Counted from the stretch's first letter, positions 47,281 through 56,146 are shown. The stretch: DNA of 64,000 nt from an uncultured Gammaproteobacteria bacterium (GCA_964488685.1 CAZAVY010000004.1:158-64157); one strand, 5' to 3'. The notes: a model not told the origin generated them from the letters alone. A program made the numbers and translations.

Positions 47281-47317
47281 CTAGTAAGTATGAGAAAAAA
47301 TGCGGATCTATTCTAAA

Positions 47318-47490
47318 CCCGAACATTCGAACATTATCATATACGTGCTCGCGCCCTTGCTTGATCTTTAGTTTCCTCAGGTAAATTTCCGCAGTCGGCC
47401 GGATTCATCGGTCCGACACTTGTTCGGAAAACCTCCCGAGAAAACTAAGCCCTGTGAAATCATCGCGGTGGTTCATGAAATGTCCGGGCT
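47318..47490. mobile_element. MITE-like nested-palindrome element, copy B (inverted relative to copy A)
   Basis: Its reverse complement aligns end to end with 18356..18518 (agcccggacatttcatgaaccaccgcgatgat...caagcaagggcgcgagcacgtatatga...tgttcggg), with an extra gaacattc duplication. Confidence 0.6.
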
Positions 47491-47554
47491 AAGCAGTGAA
47501 TACGAAATTAATGGCCTTCATGATACGGCATGCTGAATGAAATTGTTTTAATCA

Positions 47555-48196
47555 ATGAACGGTAAGCTGCGAACCAACAGCTGTATCGATGCGAGACAGA
47601 CACGTAGCGCGTTCGAAGCGATGCTACGCCCATGTTTTGACTCATTATATCGAACTGCCCTGCGGATGTGTGGTGATCACATGAATGCTCAGGATATTGT
47701 TCAGGAAACCTGCCTAAAGGCATATAAGGGGTTTAGTAGCTATCAATATGACACAAATTTTAAAGCCTGGATTTTTCGAATTTTGAAGAATCACTGTATT
47801 GACAGCCACCGCAAAAGTATGCGTTCCCCAAAGGTTGAACTGAACGAAGACTTTCCGGACATGGCCGGGCATACGGATAAGCAGTATTCGCAGTATGAAT
47901 TACAGGGAGCTGAATTGCATTTGTTAAACAAATCATTCCGAGCTGAAGCGTTACACGCTATGCGCGAGCTTTCGCCGGATATCCGCATCGTCGTAATCCT
48001 CGCCTTACTGGAAGAAATATCCTATCAGGAAATTGCCGAAGTTGTGGGTTGCCCGATCGGTACCGTGCGTTCACGCGTTAGCCGTGGCAGGGGATATTTA
48101 AAGGAGTCGCTCAAGGATTACAATCCCGAAAGCGCAAAAACCGACCATAAAGTCACCGAGGCGGTGGCTTCGAAGGGTCAAAAGGTTGCCGGGTAA
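47555..48196 (+). CDS. ECF-type RNA polymerase sigma factor
   Basis: Region 2 AQDIVQETCLKAYKGF...FKAWIFRILKNHCIDSHRK; region 4 ISYQEIAEVVGCPIGTVRSRVSRGR. Confidence 0.85.
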   Translation: MNGKLRTNSCIDARQTRSAFEAMLRPCFDSLYRTALRMCGDHMNAQDIVQETCLKAYKGFSSYQYDTNFKAWIFRILKNHCIDSHRKSMRSPKVELNEDFPDMAGHTDKQYSQYELQGAELHLLNKSFRAEALHAMRELSPDIRIVVILALLEEISYQEIAEVVGCPIGTVRSRVSRGRGYLKESLKDYNPESAKTDHKVTEAVASKGQKVAG

Positions 48197-48222
48197 CTGT
48201 AGATATAGCGTAAATAAAAGTC

Positions 48223-49092
48223 ATGAAGAATCATCAAAAAGACAGTGTAAATAATTGCCGGGAAGCCCGGGAAGCCATCTCGGCACGACTGGATTGCGAG
48301 TTGGACAAAGAACAAACGTCACGACTTGAAAGTCACATTCAAGAATGTGAAGCATGTAGACGTCACCTCCAGTGTTTGGAAGCGTTAAATCAAACATTAA
48401 AAACGGAGTTATCCGAACCACAGGATACCACCGCCTTATGGGCGCGAGTTAGTCGTGCTATCGATGTCGACTATGACCAGACCCACAATGAACAGCCTAT
48501 ATTGCCACCGACTGTTCAGCTGCCGACCAATCTGCCGCGGCGTAACATCCTGTCGATGGCGGTTGCAGCTGGAGTGGTGTTGTCGACTGGAGGCCTGGTG
48601 TTGCATTACGCCACAACCGATCAGTCGGGAGAAGTGAATCTGGAAATCGTAAACGATTTTCTAACCTATCGCATCAGTGGCAAAAAACAGGATATTTTGG
48701 GTGAAAACGTCGACCTGGTGACGGGTTGGCTGGCAACACGCGTTGATTTTGAAATACCGGTCAAATCAGCCGAATCTGCCGGTTTCGTGCTCACTGGCGG
48801 TCGCCTTTGTTCCTTTTTAAACCGACGTCTGGTTGCATTGCAATACCGTCAGGGAGATCACGCATTGTCGTTTTATATCATGATCGCAACCGATCTCGAC
48901 CTTCCTGAAAGCGGAACTCACAAGATTGGAAATCGTTGGGTATCTGCGGCGTCGTTGAAGGGATTGACGAACGTAATCTGGCAATCGGAAGGACTGGTTT
49001 TTGCCGCGGTATCTGACCTGGATAAGCCGCAAGTGTTTGATTTTATTGCACAACAGATCGGCAATGGGCATTCCGGTCCGGACACGGTTTAG
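48223..49092 (+). CDS. zf-HC2 anti-sigma factor with TM segment and periplasmic domain
   Basis: HIQECEACRRHLQCLEAL (zf-HC2); TM segment ILSMAVAAGVVLSTGGLVL. Directly follows the ECF sigma gene. Confidence 0.75.
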   Translation: MKNHQKDSVNNCREAREAISARLDCELDKEQTSRLESHIQECEACRRHLQCLEALNQTLKTELSEPQDTTALWARVSRAIDVDYDQTHNEQPILPPTVQLPTNLPRRNILSMAVAAGVVLSTGGLVLHYATTDQSGEVNLEIVNDFLTYRISGKKQDILGENVDLVTGWLATRVDFEIPVKSAESAGFVLTGGRLCSFLNRRLVALQYRQGDHALSFYIMIATDLDLPESGTHKIGNRWVSAASLKGLTNVIWQSEGLVFAAVSDLDKPQVFDFIAQQIGNGHSGPDTV

Positions 49093-49132
49093 AAAGACTT
49101 GTAAACAATAACACCACCGGAGGATCGAAAAT

Positions 49133-49702
49133 ATGACCGATGAAAACAATCAGGAAAATCCCAAGGGCTTGCCTTCGTGCATGCAACGTCGCGACCTGCT
49201 AAAGGCCAGCGCTGTCGGCGCGACAGTAGCTGTGGTTGGTCCGAATCTGGCATTCGGGGCTACGCCTGGCGATGTCAAGGGCGCTTATCCGCGCCTGCCG
49301 GTGATTGATATTGGCAAGCTGAAAGAAGGTGAACCGGTTGCATTCAATTTTCCGCTGGAAGAGCAACCAAATATGATCGTCAAATTAGGTGAACCGGCAC
49401 AAGGTGGAGTCGGACCGGACAATGATATTGTCGCCTTTAGCGTACTTTGTACGCATATGGGCGGTAGCTTGCGCGGGCGTTATCAACACGACTCCAAAGC
49501 CATGGGGCCTTGTCCATTTCATTTTTCCACGTTTGATTTGACCAAAGGCGGCACGCCGGTTCACGCCAGTGCTACGCAGAATCTTCCCCAAGTCCAACTG
49601 GTCGCCGAAGATAGTCAAATTTTCGCGGTCGGCATGCAAGGTCTAATTTATGGTTACCGGGACAATTTGCTGGATGGCAATCCGGTAGTTCGCAGGGCGT
49701 AG
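49133..49702 (+). CDS. Tat-exported Rieske [2Fe-2S] subunit, arsenite oxidase small-subunit (AioB)-like
   Basis: Twin-arginine signal MQRRDLLKASAVGATVAVVG. Rieske ligands CTHMG ... CPFHFSTFDLTKGG. Confidence 0.85.
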   Translation: MTDENNQENPKGLPSCMQRRDLLKASAVGATVAVVGPNLAFGATPGDVKGAYPRLPVIDIGKLKEGEPVAFNFPLEEQPNMIVKLGEPAQGGVGPDNDIVAFSVLCTHMGGSLRGRYQHDSKAMGPCPFHFSTFDLTKGGTPVHASATQNLPQVQLVAEDSQIFAVGMQGLIYGYRDNLLDGNPVVRRA

Positions 49703-49752
49703 CACCGGATCTTGATCCGATAAGATAACTTTAAGAGGAGAAAAAATAAATC

Positions 49753-52377
49753 ATGTCTAACAAAAAACATTTGAACCGTCGCGAATTTCTGATGGCTGCG
49801 CGTAGTCCTTCCATCGACTACGGCGTCTACGAGCCTTCCTCGGAAACAGTTCCCATACCTCCGGCACATGCCGAAGTTCACACTACCGCCTGTGACTACT
49901 GTATTGTTGGCTGCGGTTACAAAGCCTATACCTGGCCGGTGGTAGGTATGGATGGTGGTTCGAAGGCAGGTCAAAATGCCTTCCACCAGGACTTCCCGAT
50001 CAAGGCAGCGGAAGGTAACTGGGTGAGCCCGAACATGCACAATGTGGTGCGTAAAGATGGCAAACTCCACCATGTGGTGGTGGTGCCGGACGGTGAGTCC
50101 GCGGTTAATCGCAAAGGTAATCATTCGGTACGTGGCGGCAAAATAGCCCAGAAAGCCTACAGCCCGAGCAAACCTACTGCGGATCGCCTGCAAGCCCCTT
50201 TGCTCAGGGTCAACGATAGCTTACAGCCAATCTCCTGGGATGATGCGACCACGATTGTCGCCGAACTCTCGCGTTATGCCATCGATAAGGATGGTCCGAA
50301 TGCGTTTGGCATGCGTTACTATTCTTATCAATTCTGGGAAAATACCTATGCATTCTCGAAGCTGATTTACAAGGATATCGGTACCGCAATCGGTGCCGAA
50401 CATGACAAACCCACCGGCAAAAACGATGCCGTTGGACTCGACGATAGTGGCGTCGACGGATTTTCAACTTCTTATTCTGATTTTAAACTAGCCGATGTGA
50501 TCTTCATGTCGGGTTTCGACCCTTACGAAAACCAAACGATTCTATTCACCGAGTGGATAGCACCCGGAGGCGCCAAAATCATCTTCGTCAACCCTCGAAA
50601 GAGTCCGACGGCTGTTTACGCCGAACGTAATGGTGGCCTGCATTTACAGGTACAACCGAATACGGACACAGTGCTTAACAATGCGATCCAGCGTTACATT
50701 CTGGAACAAGGCTGGGAAGACCGGGAATGGATCGAACGCAGCACCGCGAGTCGTGAAGAAATCATGATGGAAAAGAAAGGCGGTGGCTGGCGTCGGAGAA
50801 CCTTCGGTCAGACTTTCGAAGAGCATAAAGCCTGGTTATTGTCCGACGATACCTACACGCTTGATAATGCGGAAAAGATCACCTGGGTACCGAAAGCGAA
50901 AATTATAAGAGCCGCCCGGATGATGGCAAGGCCACGCGGTAAGCTGCTTCCAAAAACTACTGTGATGCTGGAGAAAGGTAACTATTGGTCATTCAACTAT
51001 CCGGCAAGCGCCTCTTTATCATCGCTCGGTTTATTGTGTGGCGCGGGTAGTCGTCCCGGTCATAATATGTGCCGGGCAGGTGGCCACCAACGCGGTGGTA
51101 TGAAACTTAAGGGTTATCCATTGAGTAAATCCTGGGTTGAATCGAAACATGGTCGCAAAGGCGAACCCGCCCCGATACCGGTCAATTTCGACAAATACGC
51201 CATGTCGGGCAAGCTCAAGGTGTGCTATATCCTCGGCACCACCTGGCTAGATTCGATAAATGCAGGTCAGTCGATCCGACTCAAGCTCGGCGAACTAACC
51301 CGCAAGCATCCGGTGCAACCCGATAGCCTGCACACCGAAATATTTATCAAAGCACTTAAGAAACGTATGGATCAGGGAGGCATGTTCCTGATTCAACAGG
51401 ACATCTACCCGAATACGTTAACCGACTTTGCGGATATCGTGCTACCGGCTGCGACCTGGGGCGAAGTGGACTTTACCCGTGCGCAAGGCGAGCGTCGTTT
51501 AAGAATGTATTCCCGGTTTTACGATCCACCGGGGGAAGCCAAACCGGACTGGTGGATTCTTGCCCAGATAGCCAAAAAAATGGGTTACGAAGGATGGGAT
51601 TACCAGGAATCAAACGATATCTTTGAAGAAGCCGCGAAGAAATCTAAAGGCGGTAAATACGATTTCTTTCATGTTGTCGAGGAAGCCAGAAAAGCGGGCA
51701 AGAAAGGCCACGAATTTTTACGCGAAATGAGTACCACCGGCATTCAGCTACCCGCGCGAATCGTCGACGGCAAGCTAGTTGGCACCAAACGTTTGCACGA
51801 CGAAACCTTTCCCGAATCCGAGAAGAGTACCGCATCGAAAGTGGTTTATAAATTTAAAACCAAGAGCGGCAAAGCCATCTTCATGAAGGGTGACTGGGAT
51901 CTGGTCAAAGATACTTTTGAGTTGTTCCGACCCAAAGGCGAAGAACTTTGGGTGTCAAACGGGCGCATTAATCACCTCTGGCAATCGATGTTCGACGATA
52001 CGCGACAAAGCTTTGTCAAACAGCGCTACCCATCGAATTTCCTCATGATCAACCCGGTTGATGCCAAAAAACGCGGTATCGAAAGCGGCGATCTGGTGGC
52101 CGTCGAGAACGACCAGGTACTCAATCAGCTCGGCGAAGTAACCCGCGGGGTGATTTCACTGGTTGCCTATGTGACCGACGAAGTTGGATTAGGAGTTACC
52201 TATACTTATGCATTCTATCCAGGACAGTCCGCCGATTCGATTGTACCGGCAGTAACCGATCCGGTTACAGGTGTTTACAATTACAAAATCGGCAAGGGTA
52301 TGGTACGTAAAACTGGCGAAACCCCACTCAAGAAATTAGAGGGCAGTATGTCGTTTATTCCAAGAACCGTCGGTTAA
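49753..52377 (+). CDS. molybdopterin (bis-PGD) oxidoreductase catalytic subunit, arsenite oxidase large-subunit (AioA)-like
   Basis: N-terminal C-x2-C-x3-C [3Fe-4S]-type motif TACDYCIVGCGYKAYTWP, characteristic of the Aio clade. 874 aa; follows the Rieske gene as in aioBA. Confidence 0.85.
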   Translation: MSNKKHLNRREFLMAARSPSIDYGVYEPSSETVPIPPAHAEVHTTACDYCIVGCGYKAYTWPVVGMDGGSKAGQNAFHQDFPIKAAEGNWVSPNMHNVVRKDGKLHHVVVVPDGESAVNRKGNHSVRGGKIAQKAYSPSKPTADRLQAPLLRVNDSLQPISWDDATTIVAELSRYAIDKDGPNAFGMRYYSYQFWENTYAFSKLIYKDIGTAIGAEHDKPTGKNDAVGLDDSGVDGFSTSYSDFKLADVIFMSGFDPYENQTILFTEWIAPGGAKIIFVNPRKSPTAVYAERNGGLHLQVQPNTDTVLNNAIQRYILEQGWEDREWIERSTASREEIMMEKKGGGWRRRTFGQTFEEHKAWLLSDDTYTLDNAEKITWVPKAKIIRAARMMARPRGKLLPKTTVMLEKGNYWSFNYPASASLSSLGLLCGAGSRPGHNMCRAGGHQRGGMKLKGYPLSKSWVESKHGRKGEPAPIPVNFDKYAMSGKLKVCYILGTTWLDSINAGQSIRLKLGELTRKHPVQPDSLHTEIFIKALKKRMDQGGMFLIQQDIYPNTLTDFADIVLPAATWGEVDFTRAQGERRLRMYSRFYDPPGEAKPDWWILAQIAKKMGYEGWDYQESNDIFEEAAKKSKGGKYDFFHVVEEARKAGKKGHEFLREMSTTGIQLPARIVDGKLVGTKRLHDETFPESEKSTASKVVYKFKTKSGKAIFMKGDWDLVKDTFELFRPKGEELWVSNGRINHLWQSMFDDTRQSFVKQRYPSNFLMINPVDAKKRGIESGDLVAVENDQVLNQLGEVTRGVISLVAYVTDEVGLGVTYTYAFYPGQSADSIVPAVTDPVTGVYNYKIGKGMVRKTGETPLKKLEGSMSFIPRTVG

Positions 52378-52392
52378 GGCAGGAGGAGACCC

Positions 52393-53139
52393 ATGAAAAA
52401 TATTATCAACAAAATTTTCCTGTCGGCAGCATTTGTCGCTTTGGCTGGTTTCACCGTCAGTCCAGTCGGTGCCGCCTCGACACCAGAGGCAACCGAGTCA
52501 CTGCTCATGTTGGGCCAGACCACCTACATGCGTGAATGCGCCTCGTGCCACGGGGCAGAAGGCGATGGAAAAGGATCCGGCGCTTACATTTTGAATCCGA
52601 AGCCGAGAAATTTTCAGCTCGGTGTGTATAAACTGCGTACTACACCCAATGGTGAAGTACCGACACCGGGGGATCTGTTTAAAACGATTAGCAAAGGCAT
52701 ACCCAACTCGATGATGCCGTCGTTCAATTCCCTGTCGGAACAGGAGCGTTGGGGTCTGGTTCACCATATTTTGGCTCTCGGTGAACTCGAAGATGAGGAA
52801 TCGATGGCCGTTGATATACCGGCCGAACCGGATCGAACGCAGGCCGGCATTTCAAACGGTAAGAAAATATACGTTGAGCTCAAATGCAATTCATGCCACG
52901 GCGACGACGGATGGGGCGACGGATCTTCATCCCTGACGCTCGAAAACGATGCCAAGGAACGTGTATTCCCGCCCAATTTAACAACCGGCGTATTCAAAGG
53001 AGGCTCCAGTTCTGTTGATCTCTATACCCGTATAGCGACCGGTATGGATGGTTCGCCCATGCCGTCTTACGCCGACGAAGCCAAGCCTGCGGAAATCTGG
53101 GATCTGGTGCATTATTTGCAGACACTGAGTGAAAAATAG
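52393..53139 (+). CDS. periplasmic diheme c-type cytochrome (paralog of 26644)
   Basis: CASCHGAEGDGKG and CNSCHGDDGWGDG. YKLRTTPNGEVPTPGDLFKTISKG parallels FKLRSTPSGSFPTDADLFKSLSRG. Confidence 0.8.
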   Translation: MKNIINKIFLSAAFVALAGFTVSPVGAASTPEATESLLMLGQTTYMRECASCHGAEGDGKGSGAYILNPKPRNFQLGVYKLRTTPNGEVPTPGDLFKTISKGIPNSMMPSFNSLSEQERWGLVHHILALGELEDEESMAVDIPAEPDRTQAGISNGKKIYVELKCNSCHGDDGWGDGSSSLTLENDAKERVFPPNLTTGVFKGGSSSVDLYTRIATGMDGSPMPSYADEAKPAEIWDLVHYLQTLSEK

Positions 53140-53288
53140 ATCTGCGAGCATATAACGAGGTTGCTGTAGCAATCCCAAGGGTATTCCGTTAGTGCCATCG
53201 AACTGACTGGATATTCTTGCGTTTCAGGATGTTATTCCGGTCAATCCCGAGCCGTTTTATCTATATCTAATTACAGGAGTCTATTGAC

Positions 53289-54026
53289 ATGAAACTCACG
53301 AAACCAATGCTTGCACTGGTCGCTATTGGCAGCATGCTGGGCAGCGAAGCCAACGCCAAATATAAGGTGAAGGCCGTAGAAAACGGTGGCACGATCCAGG
53401 GTATGGTCAGGTTTAGTGGTGCCGTGCCAATGCTTGAGGCCACCTTAATTGGTAAGGACAATGCTGTCTGCGGAGATGGCAGCATCATCTCTAATCCGGT
53501 TACCGTGGGCAGTGCTGGCGGGCTTGAAAATACCGTGGTATATCTCGAAAAAGTTAAGACGGGTAAGGCCTGGCCGAAGCAGGAATATACTTTGGATCAG
53601 AAGCAATGTACCTTCGAGCCATATCTACAAGTGGTGCCGAAAGGCGCCAAATTGACGATCAGAAATTGGGATTCGGTACTGCACAATATACATCCGTACG
53701 AAATTATTGGGGATTCGCGTCGTACCTTGTTCAATATGGCGCAACCTATACAGTATCAGGAAACCGTCAAAAAAATAAAGACCCGAAAAGGTATAGTGGT
53801 CGAGCTCGCCTGCGACGTGCATTCGTGGATGGCGGGTTGGTTGTATGTTCTCGAACACCCCTATTTCGCCGTGATTGGCGCCGATGGGGCCTTCCAGATT
53901 AGTGATATACCACCCGGCGACTATAAACTGGTGGCGTGGCACCCGGTCCTCGGCACGCAGGACCAGGCGATCACGGTCGGTGCCAGCACTGAACTCGATG
54001 CCAATTTTCAATTCAAAGGCGGATAA
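53289..54026 (+). CDS. secreted amicyanin-like cupredoxin (paralog of 24072)
   Basis: LHNIH ... CDVHSWMAGWLYVL ligand pattern; GTIQGMVRFSG and DGAFQISDIPPGDYKLVAW flanks. Confidence 0.7.
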   Translation: MKLTKPMLALVAIGSMLGSEANAKYKVKAVENGGTIQGMVRFSGAVPMLEATLIGKDNAVCGDGSIISNPVTVGSAGGLENTVVYLEKVKTGKAWPKQEYTLDQKQCTFEPYLQVVPKGAKLTIRNWDSVLHNIHPYEIIGDSRRTLFNMAQPIQYQETVKKIKTRKGIVVELACDVHSWMAGWLYVLEHPYFAVIGADGAFQISDIPPGDYKLVAWHPVLGTQDQAITVGASTELDANFQFKGG

Positions 54027-54385
54027 AGTCGGTGCGACGATTTGCGGCTCGTAGATCAAAGAGTTGTCCAGCATTTATGGATGCCTTCCCGCTTCGAGTC
54101 AAGGTTTTCGGCTCGCGTGCTCAGGTTACAATCGACGTCAAATTGCCGAGCGCAAATGATGCCGTCATCGATAACTCGGTGTCTTCCAGCGTATTTTGTC
54201 CAGCGTTGCCGGTGGATTGATGCTGTTAGCAGCGTTGCATTTATTTGGGTTGGTTCGGCATTCACGACAATCCTGGTTTGATCTCGGTGGTGATTTTTTT
54301 GCTTCGCCGATCCGCTCGGTGATGGTCTCAGGTGCTCCAGCAGCGCCATTGACTCTACGGAGTTTTCAACGGTTTTTTACCTTGC

Positions 54386-54505
54386 CCGCTGGCACTGGCA
54401 GGGCAATTGCAGCAGGTAATTGCGGCGGCTTTAATGGCTGGATCAAGCTTTGTGGTAATTGTCAATTCATTGCGGAAACCACGAGATGAACTATCGAAAC
54501 CCTAG
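54386..54505 (+). pseudogene. P-type (heavy-metal) ATPase C-terminal remnant
   Basis: Frame reads PLALAGQLQQVIAAALMAGSSFVVIVNSLRKPRDELSKP-stop, resembling the last TM helix and tail of P1B ATPases (IPLAA-G-x-L-x-P-x-IAA-x-AM-x-x-SS-x-x-V-x-x-NSLRL). The upstream 54040-54385 is multi-frame debris. Confidence 0.4.
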
Positions 54506-54657
54506 TCTTGTGTCTAAAACTGACCTTCCCTCCGAGAGTGGTGTTAGCAACCACGCACTAGCCCGTATTTCTCGTCAGGGTTCGTTGTGAGATCTAGCGC
54601 CGGTCGCCGACAAGAGCTGCGCACTTTAATCCGTTTATCCGGGCGCGTTTGAGGTCT

Positions 54658-55446
54658 ATGCGATATCGAGTGATACATTTATCTCGGTTATTGCGAGCGA
54701 TCACGAGCTTTGCGTTGGTGCTCTCGTCGTTCCAGGCGCAAGCCGAATCCATCCGTGTCGCCGCTGCCGCCAGTCTGTCGCACGCTTTGCCTGAAATTGT
54801 TACCGAGTTCCATCGCGATAGCAATCACAACGTAAAACTGAGCTTTGGTTCGTCCGGGAACCTCAGCCGCCAAATCCGCCAAGGAGCACCTTTTGCAGTG
54901 TTCCTTGGTGCCGATGAAAGCTATGCCCAGTCGCTGGCAAATGATGGCTATGGCGAAAGCGCGGTCTATGCCGTCGGGTACCTTTCGTTATATGTGCCAT
55001 CTGGTTCGCTCCTCGATGCGAGTGCCGACCTGATTTCGATGGGACGAACGCTCGATCGAGACCGAATGATTCGTTTCGCAATCGCCAACCCCGACCACGC
55101 GCCTTATGGTCGTATGGCGAAACAGGCTTTGCAGCGTGCCGAATTATGGCAACGTATTCAAGCGAGGTTAGTGACAGGTGAGAATGCAGCGCAAACGGCA
55201 CAATTTGCAATCACCGGTTCGATAGACGCCGCGCTGATTCCGCGGTCGCTGGCCGTACTTCCTGCTCTGGCACGATATGGAATTTCAACCGATGTGCCTG
55301 AATCGCTGGCACCTCCATTGCGTCAACGGATGTTATTGATAAACGGTGGCGGGGATGCAGCTCGGGAGTTTTTTAACTTTTTGCGAAGCGAGGCTGCACG
55401 CGCGATATTGGCACGGCACGGGTTTGGGGCGCCACAAATAAATTGA
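54658..55446 (+). CDS. modA: molybdate ABC transporter substrate-binding protein
   Basis: Signal peptide; RVAAAASLSHALPEIVTEF...LSFGSSGNLSRQIRQGAPFAVFLGADESY. ATG 54658 lies within ORF 54649. Confidence 0.85.
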   Translation: MRYRVIHLSRLLRAITSFALVLSSFQAQAESIRVAAAASLSHALPEIVTEFHRDSNHNVKLSFGSSGNLSRQIRQGAPFAVFLGADESYAQSLANDGYGESAVYAVGYLSLYVPSGSLLDASADLISMGRTLDRDRMIRFAIANPDHAPYGRMAKQALQRAELWQRIQARLVTGENAAQTAQFAITGSIDAALIPRSLAVLPALARYGISTDVPESLAPPLRQRMLLINGGGDAAREFFNFLRSEAARAILARHGFGAPQIN

Positions 55447-55459
55447 ATGGTTAATCGTT

Positions 55460-56146
55460 ATGTATGACTGGGCTGGAATCGAGTGGGGATCTTTTGCATT
55501 GTCATTACGCCTGTCTGCCTGGTGTGTATTGATTCTTTTTGCAATCGGGATTTTAATTGCAAGGTTTCTGGCATGGCGGCGCTTCCCAGGGCGCAGCATG
55601 TTGATCGCTTTGGTGGCGCTGCCATTAGTACTGCCTCCAACCGTGCTGGGATACTATCTACTGGTGGGTCTTGGTCACAACACCTGGCTCGGACAAACAG
55701 TAGCGGCGCTTACCGGCCAGACGCTGGTGTTTTCGTTTAGTGGGTTGCTACTTGCTTCGGTTATTTCCAGTTTACCGTTTGCGGTGCAGCCGACGTTGCG
55801 CGCGTTCGAAATGATTCCACAGACTCTACGCGAGGCGGCCTGGTGTAGTGGCCTGTCGCGCTGGCAGACCTTTTTACGCGTTGAGTTTCCGTTGGCCTGG
55901 CCTGGAATACTTACCGGACTGGTTTTGACTTTTGCCCACACGATGGGCGAATTCGGGGTGGTGTTGATGGTTGGTGGCAATATTCCCGACGAGACCCGCA
56001 CGGTATCGATTGCTATTTTCGATCGAGCACAGGCCTTCGATGATGCTACCGCCGGAGCCATGTCGCTAATGTTGTTGAGCTTTGCTTTCATCACCGTGAC
56101 GGCGGTATATACACTCGAACAACAACGCAATTTCGGACATCAGTGA
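55460..56146 (+). CDS. modB: molybdate ABC transporter permease
   Basis: Five or six TM segments; EAA-like loop LREAAWCSGLSRWQTFLRVEFPLAWPG. Confidence 0.85.
   Translation: MYDWAGIEWGSFALSLRLSAWCVLILFAIGILIARFLAWRRFPGRSMLIALVALPLVLPPTVLGYYLLVGLGHNTWLGQTVAALTGQTLVFSFSGLLLASVISSLPFAVQPTLRAFEMIPQTLREAAWCSGLSRWQTFLRVEFPLAWPGILTGLVLTFAHTMGEFGVVLMVGGNIPDETRTVSIAIFDRAQAFDDATAGAMSLMLLSFAFITVTAVYTLEQQRNFGHQ

Noticed and set aside
49133-52377. Iodate reductase (IdrAB) assignment for the Aio-like pair
   Set aside because: The cytochrome c peroxidase genes (idrP1/P2) that accompany idrAB in described islands are absent from the window. Assignment needs phylogeny, so it is left as 'Aio-like, substrate unknown'.
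54032-54489. ORFs 54032..54220, 54042..54281 and 54196..54489 as genes
   Set aside because: They are mutually overlapping frames with no motifs. The region is best explained as degraded remains ending in a P-type ATPase tail.
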